A DNA stretch of 64,000 bases. Source: Planctomycetota bacterium. GTDB taxonomy: Bacteria; Planctomycetota; UBA1135; UBA2386. Under the pieces are notes generated by a model. That model did not search any database and was not told the origin of the DNA. It saw only the letters and a program-made list of their open reading frames with translations. The translations under genes were made by a program, and so were the position numbers. The stretch spans positions 1,536,001 to 1,600,000 of the forward strand of contig JBKAGP010000001.1 of the NCBI GenBank assembly GCA_046290465.1. The letters run 5' to 3'. Positions within the stretch are counted from its first letter, which is position 1, and every line of letters begins with the position of its first letter. This document shows, in pieces, positions 59,860 to 64,000 of this stretch.

Positions 59860-61878
59860 ATGCCGCTCGATCTCACGGCAGCCGTAGCAGCCTTCGCCGA
59901 CCGCTTCGCCCTGCAGCGACGCGGGATCGCGGATGCGTTCAAGGTGATCGAGAAGTGGCTGAAGGCGCGCAAGAAGCAGGCGGAGGCCCTCGAACTGGCC
60001 AGCCGCCGGTACCCGGCGATCGACTTTCACTTCGGCGGTCAGGTCATGCTGCGCCTCGACCGCAGCCAGCACCGGACCCTGGCCCGAGGAGAGCCGAGCG
60101 ACTTCGTGCGATCCCTGGAACGCGGCGGACGGGAGTTTGTCGACGGCATCGCCTACGTCGGACGCGCGGCGAGCCAGGAGTGGCTGCTACCCAACCTCGC
60201 GACGCGGCTACGAAGGATCTCCGACCTGGTGGTTGCCTCGATGGCCCGCTTCGCCACCAGCCGACTGGCCAGCGACACCTTCGACCCCGATCGCCGCACG
60301 GCATCGGACAGCATCGGGCTCGCCGCCCGCGGCTGGCGCGCGCTCGCGGAGAGCAATCGCCAGCTGCAGCTGTTCGTCGTTCGCCTGCACCTAGCCAAGT
60401 TCCTCGTCCAGCTCGACGAGACGCCGCAGGAAGAGCTGGAGCGCAAGAAGCGCGCGGCGTCCTCTCCCCCCAAACCATCCGTGAGCTTCGCCGACCGGCT
60501 CGGCGAAGCAGCGCGCTACCTGACGGCGGGCGTGTTGCTGCTGCCGATCCTGCCGCAGTACCTGCAGCGGCTGTTCGAGGCAGTCTGGCTGCGTGGCCGG
60601 CTGACCTTGCTCGACGAGTTCGCGGGATACGAACGGCGGGTCTTCCGCTTCCGTACCCGGATCGTCGACACGCTCTTCCGGGAACTGCCCAAACTGGCCA
60701 CCAAGGCCTTCCGCTTCGTGCTCGCCGCGAAGTTCGTTATCAGCTCGAACCTCGACTACTTCGTTTCGTTCGCGCGCATTTACGGCTCGGTCGTGCTGCG
60801 AGAGGTCCGCCGGTTCTCGCACGAGCTGCAGCAGTACCTCGAGTTCTTCCGCTCCCTGGTCGAAACCACGCGCCGGATCCTCGAGCGGGTGATGAACTTC
60901 GACCTGATGCCGTTCCTGATCGCGCCGCTCGGTCTGCCGGGCGCCATCCTGCACGCACTCGGCCACATACCCAGACTCACCATTGGGGATCTGGTCGACA
61001 CCGCCGGCCACATCGTGCGAATCCGAGCCCGCGACAGCCTGACGAACTTCATCATGGCGGTGCGCATCGCCATGCTCGCCGGCGGCCTCGCAACCCAGCA
61101 GCTGTATTGGCGGCACGTCAAGGCCAAGCTCGACCTGCTGCAGGCCATCGTCAGCATCCTGTTCCAGGCGCCGGCGCCGTACCCGGCGGAAACGCGCCGG
61201 CCCAGGCTTCCGAATCGATTCCCCAACCTGTTCAACGCTTTCTTCGGGCCGGCCGGCCGTTCGTTCGTGCGCCACATGGAGGCGATGGGACGCGGTCTCG
61301 CGGCGTCGGTCGGGACCACGCTACGCGCCGGGGAACGGGTGCTGCGCGACCTCGCGCTGCTGTTCGACCACCAGGCCGTAGTCGCCTCGCTGCTCGTCGA
61401 CCCGGCTGTACTGCGTGCGTTGGATTCACGCAGCGCCGCCACGAGCGATCGGCTGTTCGGGGACCAGATCCGGGAGCTGCGCCAACGTGTCGCCACCGCC
61501 AGAGGCGACACGGTCGCCGGCAGCTTCGAACGTTGGCTCGTGAGCAGCGGGTTCGAGATGGTCGCCGCCGCCATCCCGGTCTACCTGAGTGAGATGCAGC
61601 GGTTCTGGCGCCGCGAGGCCGCCGTCGGTGCGGAACCGACCGTCGAACTGTCGGAGCTCGAACGCATGCAGCCGGTGGCCCGGCAACGGCTCGCCCGCCG
61701 CCTCGGTCTCGGCCGCGTGCGACTGGATGCCGTGACCATCGACGCCCAGGACCGCGAGCTCAGCAGTGACCTGGTCGCGCGCATTACGGACCGATTCCAA
61801 ACCGTCATCCGCACTGCATACCGAGTAGGCCGCGCGCGCCTGCTCTCCGTGCAGGGCAACCAGGCAGGAGCGACCTAG
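59860..61878 (+). CDS. Large helical protein 2 (apparent paralog of protein 3)
   Basis: 672 aa; GVLLLPIL, RGLAASVGTTLRAG, SDRLFG, FERWLVSSG, C-terminal VRLDAVTIDA. Confidence 0.75.
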   Translation: MPLDLTAAVAAFADRFALQRRGIADAFKVIEKWLKARKKQAEALELASRRYPAIDFHFGGQVMLRLDRSQHRTLARGEPSDFVRSLERGGREFVDGIAYVGRAASQEWLLPNLATRLRRISDLVVASMARFATSRLASDTFDPDRRTASDSIGLAARGWRALAESNRQLQLFVVRLHLAKFLVQLDETPQEELERKKRAASSPPKPSVSFADRLGEAARYLTAGVLLLPILPQYLQRLFEAVWLRGRLTLLDEFAGYERRVFRFRTRIVDTLFRELPKLATKAFRFVLAAKFVISSNLDYFVSFARIYGSVVLREVRRFSHELQQYLEFFRSLVETTRRILERVMNFDLMPFLIAPLGLPGAILHALGHIPRLTIGDLVDTAGHIVRIRARDSLTNFIMAVRIAMLAGGLATQQLYWRHVKAKLDLLQAIVSILFQAPAPYPAETRRPRLPNRFPNLFNAFFGPAGRSFVRHMEAMGRGLAASVGTTLRAGERVLRDLALLFDHQAVVASLLVDPAVLRALDSRSAATSDRLFGDQIRELRQRVATARGDTVAGSFERWLVSSGFEMVAAAIPVYLSEMQRFWRREAAVGAEPTVELSELERMQPVARQRLARRLGLGRVRLDAVTIDAQDRELSSDLVARITDRFQTVIRTAYRVGRARLLSVQGNQAGAT

Positions 61879-61879
61879 C

Positions 61880-63736
61880 ATGGACGAAGACGAAGACGAC
61901 ATGCTCTTCGGCCAGCTCGGCCTGCTGCTGCACCAGCTCCGCTTCTCGCGGCGAGCCCTTGAGGACATCGAGCGCAGCACGGCCACGTACGGCAGCTTCG
62001 CGTTCACCAGCGCGCTCTCGTCCGGGGCGAGCTTCGGTGCACCGCCGCTCAGCGCGACCGGCGCGCTGCGCGTGCACGTATCGAACCTCACCGACCTGGT
62101 ACCGGGTGGCGGCCTGTTCGGCTTCATCGGCAGCCTGCTCGGCGGCATCGGCCGCTTCTTCGGCGGTCTGATCGGCGGCATCGTCGGAGGCACGGTGAGC
62201 GGTATCACGCTGCCGTACCTGATCTACGAGGTCGGGCGCATCAGCGACAACATCCGAAACGCGCTGCGGTTCCTCGGCCTGAACCTCTCCGACAGCGACG
62301 ATCCGCAGTCGCGGCGATCGTCTTCGAACACGCAGCCCGCCGCGAACGAGACGCTGGTCGGACAACTTCGCGGCATCCGATCGATCGTCGATGCGCTGAC
62401 CGCGCTGTTCACCGCGGCATCGAGCGGTGGCGACGCAGCCGCCAGCAACGCCACCAGTGCCAGCACGGCCCGTGGCCAGCAGTGGATGGCCGTGCTCAAC
62501 AGCACGCGCGCGCTGATGGACGGAATCGACCGGGTCATCCGGGGGATGATCCTGTTGGTCCCAATCCTGATCGGCAGCCTGGCCGTTCTGATCCAGCGAC
62601 TCGACAGCATGAAGCTCGCGCTCGTCGAGATCATGCAGTTTGCGGTTCGCAACACGTTCCTGTTGCGCGGGGTAATCCTGACGACAATCTTCGATCTGAT
62701 CGCGTCTGGAGCCCGACTAGCGGCCAGCCTGCTCGGCATCATCGCCAAAGCGGTGGAGACGATCCTCGGCTCGGTGTTCCGGATGATCGGCCACGTGCTC
62801 GACGGCGCGATCGCCGCGTTCCGGTTCCTGGCCACCGGCATCCAGGGAACGATCGACGGGTTGCTGCGATGGCTGGTCGACACCCTCGGCGCAGCACTGG
62901 TCTTCCTCGGCGACCTGCGCATCTTCCGGGTCCTGGTGCACATCGTCCGCATCATCCCGGCCGTGCTGCCACCGCTCTACGAGCTCATCCGCGGCTCCTC
63001 CCCTCCGCTGACCCCTGCGCAGCTCAATGACCTGCGCATCGCGGCCAACCTCACGCTCCCCGGCCCCACCACGACAGGTTCGGCTTCGATCCCGTTCCCT
63101 CCGATGCCGAACCCGGCAACGCTGCTGGCGAGCCCCGCATCTGTGGCGACCCTACGTCGTGAGCTCGACCAGGCCACGCGCGGACTCACCGGCGAAGTCG
63201 GCGGTGTCTTCCGCACCGGTGCCGGATCGCTGAACGCACTCGGCCAGCGCATCGATGTCGCCGCGCGAAGCGAGAGCCTGTTCAGCGGCGAGCGCATCCG
63301 TGACCTGCTCGACAACGTCAGCACCCGCAGCGACCAGCTCGCGGGCGCGCTCAACTCGGCCCGCGATGCGGCGGCCAACCGACCGGCGACGGGGCTCGAA
63401 CGGATCGCGGAGGCCTATGAGCGCTGGCTCAGCGGCAGCGGCCTGGACAGCCTACTCGACAACCTCGAGCGTCACTTCGCCGCGCGGCCGCCCGATCACA
63501 GCGATGTCACGGCCCAGGCCCTGGCCACCGGCGCCACACGGCCACTCGCCACGGTCGACATCGAAGACGTCACGATCGTGATCAAGGCGCCCGAGCAGAC
63601 GCCGGCACCACGTGACCCCGACGAACCCATGGTGGTCCGTGCCGACATTGGCGAGTCCACCCTGCAACCCTCCGTCCACGATCTCGACCGCACGCTCCAC
63701 CGCTGGCAGGAACGCGGTGGCTCTTTCCTGACCTAG
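61880..63736 (+). CDS. Large helical/hydrophobic protein 3, tape-measure-like
   Basis: 618 aa; GGGLFGFIGSLLGGIGRFFGGLIGGIVGG; GMILLVPIL, RGLTGEVGGVFRTG, SDQLAG, YERWLSGSG, C-terminal VDIEDVTIVI. Confidence 0.75.
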   Translation: MDEDEDDMLFGQLGLLLHQLRFSRRALEDIERSTATYGSFAFTSALSSGASFGAPPLSATGALRVHVSNLTDLVPGGGLFGFIGSLLGGIGRFFGGLIGGIVGGTVSGITLPYLIYEVGRISDNIRNALRFLGLNLSDSDDPQSRRSSSNTQPAANETLVGQLRGIRSIVDALTALFTAASSGGDAAASNATSASTARGQQWMAVLNSTRALMDGIDRVIRGMILLVPILIGSLAVLIQRLDSMKLALVEIMQFAVRNTFLLRGVILTTIFDLIASGARLAASLLGIIAKAVETILGSVFRMIGHVLDGAIAAFRFLATGIQGTIDGLLRWLVDTLGAALVFLGDLRIFRVLVHIVRIIPAVLPPLYELIRGSSPPLTPAQLNDLRIAANLTLPGPTTTGSASIPFPPMPNPATLLASPASVATLRRELDQATRGLTGEVGGVFRTGAGSLNALGQRIDVAARSESLFSGERIRDLLDNVSTRSDQLAGALNSARDAAANRPATGLERIAEAYERWLSGSGLDSLLDNLERHFAARPPDHSDVTAQALATGATRPLATVDIEDVTIVIKAPEQTPAPRDPDEPMVVRADIGESTLQPSVHDLDRTLHRWQERGGSFLT

Positions 63737-63750
63737 CACGACGACTCCCC

Positions 63751-64000
63751 ATGGCTCGAGGATACTTAGCAAACTGGCTGGCGACGCCGCCCCTCGTCTT
63801 CCGGTTCCAGTTCAACCCAGATCTGCTCCAGGACAAGAAGGCCTGGAAGTATGAAGAGCAACCGCCCGTGCAGTGGGGCTTCGACCAAATCGACGAGGCT
63901 TCCGGTTTCGGCATCGTTCCGGCCCTCTTCCGTGACGTCAAGGACTGGGGCAGTCTGTTACTGAAGACGCGCTGGCTCAAGGCCAAGGAGGGGCAGCAGC
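63751..64000 (+). CDS. CIS tube-initiator / Afp7(Pvc7)-like protein, 3' end outside window
   Basis: MARGYLANWLATPPLVFRFQFNPDLLQDKK...; the FQFNP motif is typical of this family; missing from the supplied ORF track because it is truncated. Confidence 0.65.
   Translation, partial: MARGYLANWLATPPLVFRFQFNPDLLQDKKAWKYEEQPPVQWGFDQIDEASGFGIVPALFRDVKDWGSLLLKTRWLKAKEGQQ

Noticed and set aside
52907..64000. Prophage
   Set aside because: No integrase, terminase, portal, capsid or lysis genes upstream of the tail genes, and a Pvc16-like first gene; cannot be fully excluded without the downstream sequence.

Overview
GC-rich bacterial window, probably an uncultured Planctomycetota lineage (inferred from a PVC-type heme-binding dehydrogenase, a sulfatase and many AQ-cleaved secreted proteins; not verified by search). 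Bases 1-52 kb hold housekeeping and secreted-enzyme genes: M1 peptidase, PhoD, PHP hydrolase, rluA-truD-mtnP, dGTPase, sulfatase, cysteine synthase, ArsC, tRNA-Asn(GTT), tRNA-Gln(TTG), a divergent CobN-like/ExbB/DUF2149 module, and several secreted proteins with a recurring C-terminal domain. A ~300-nt structured, terminator-ended non-coding element lies at ~19.47-19.76 kb. From 52.9 kb to the window end is the start of a capsid-less contractile injection system (eCIS/tailocin-like) operon behind a sigma54-type promoter. Gene order: Pvc16-like cap with an extra N-terminal domain, sheath, tube, a tail-assembly chaperone with a P2-type T TTT TTG -1 frameshift site into a DUF6760-like extension, three tandem apparently paralogous ~600-670 aa helical/hydrophobic proteins in the tape-measure position, and a truncated CIS-tube/Afp7-like gene. 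All family calls come from motif recognition by eye; no database searches were run.
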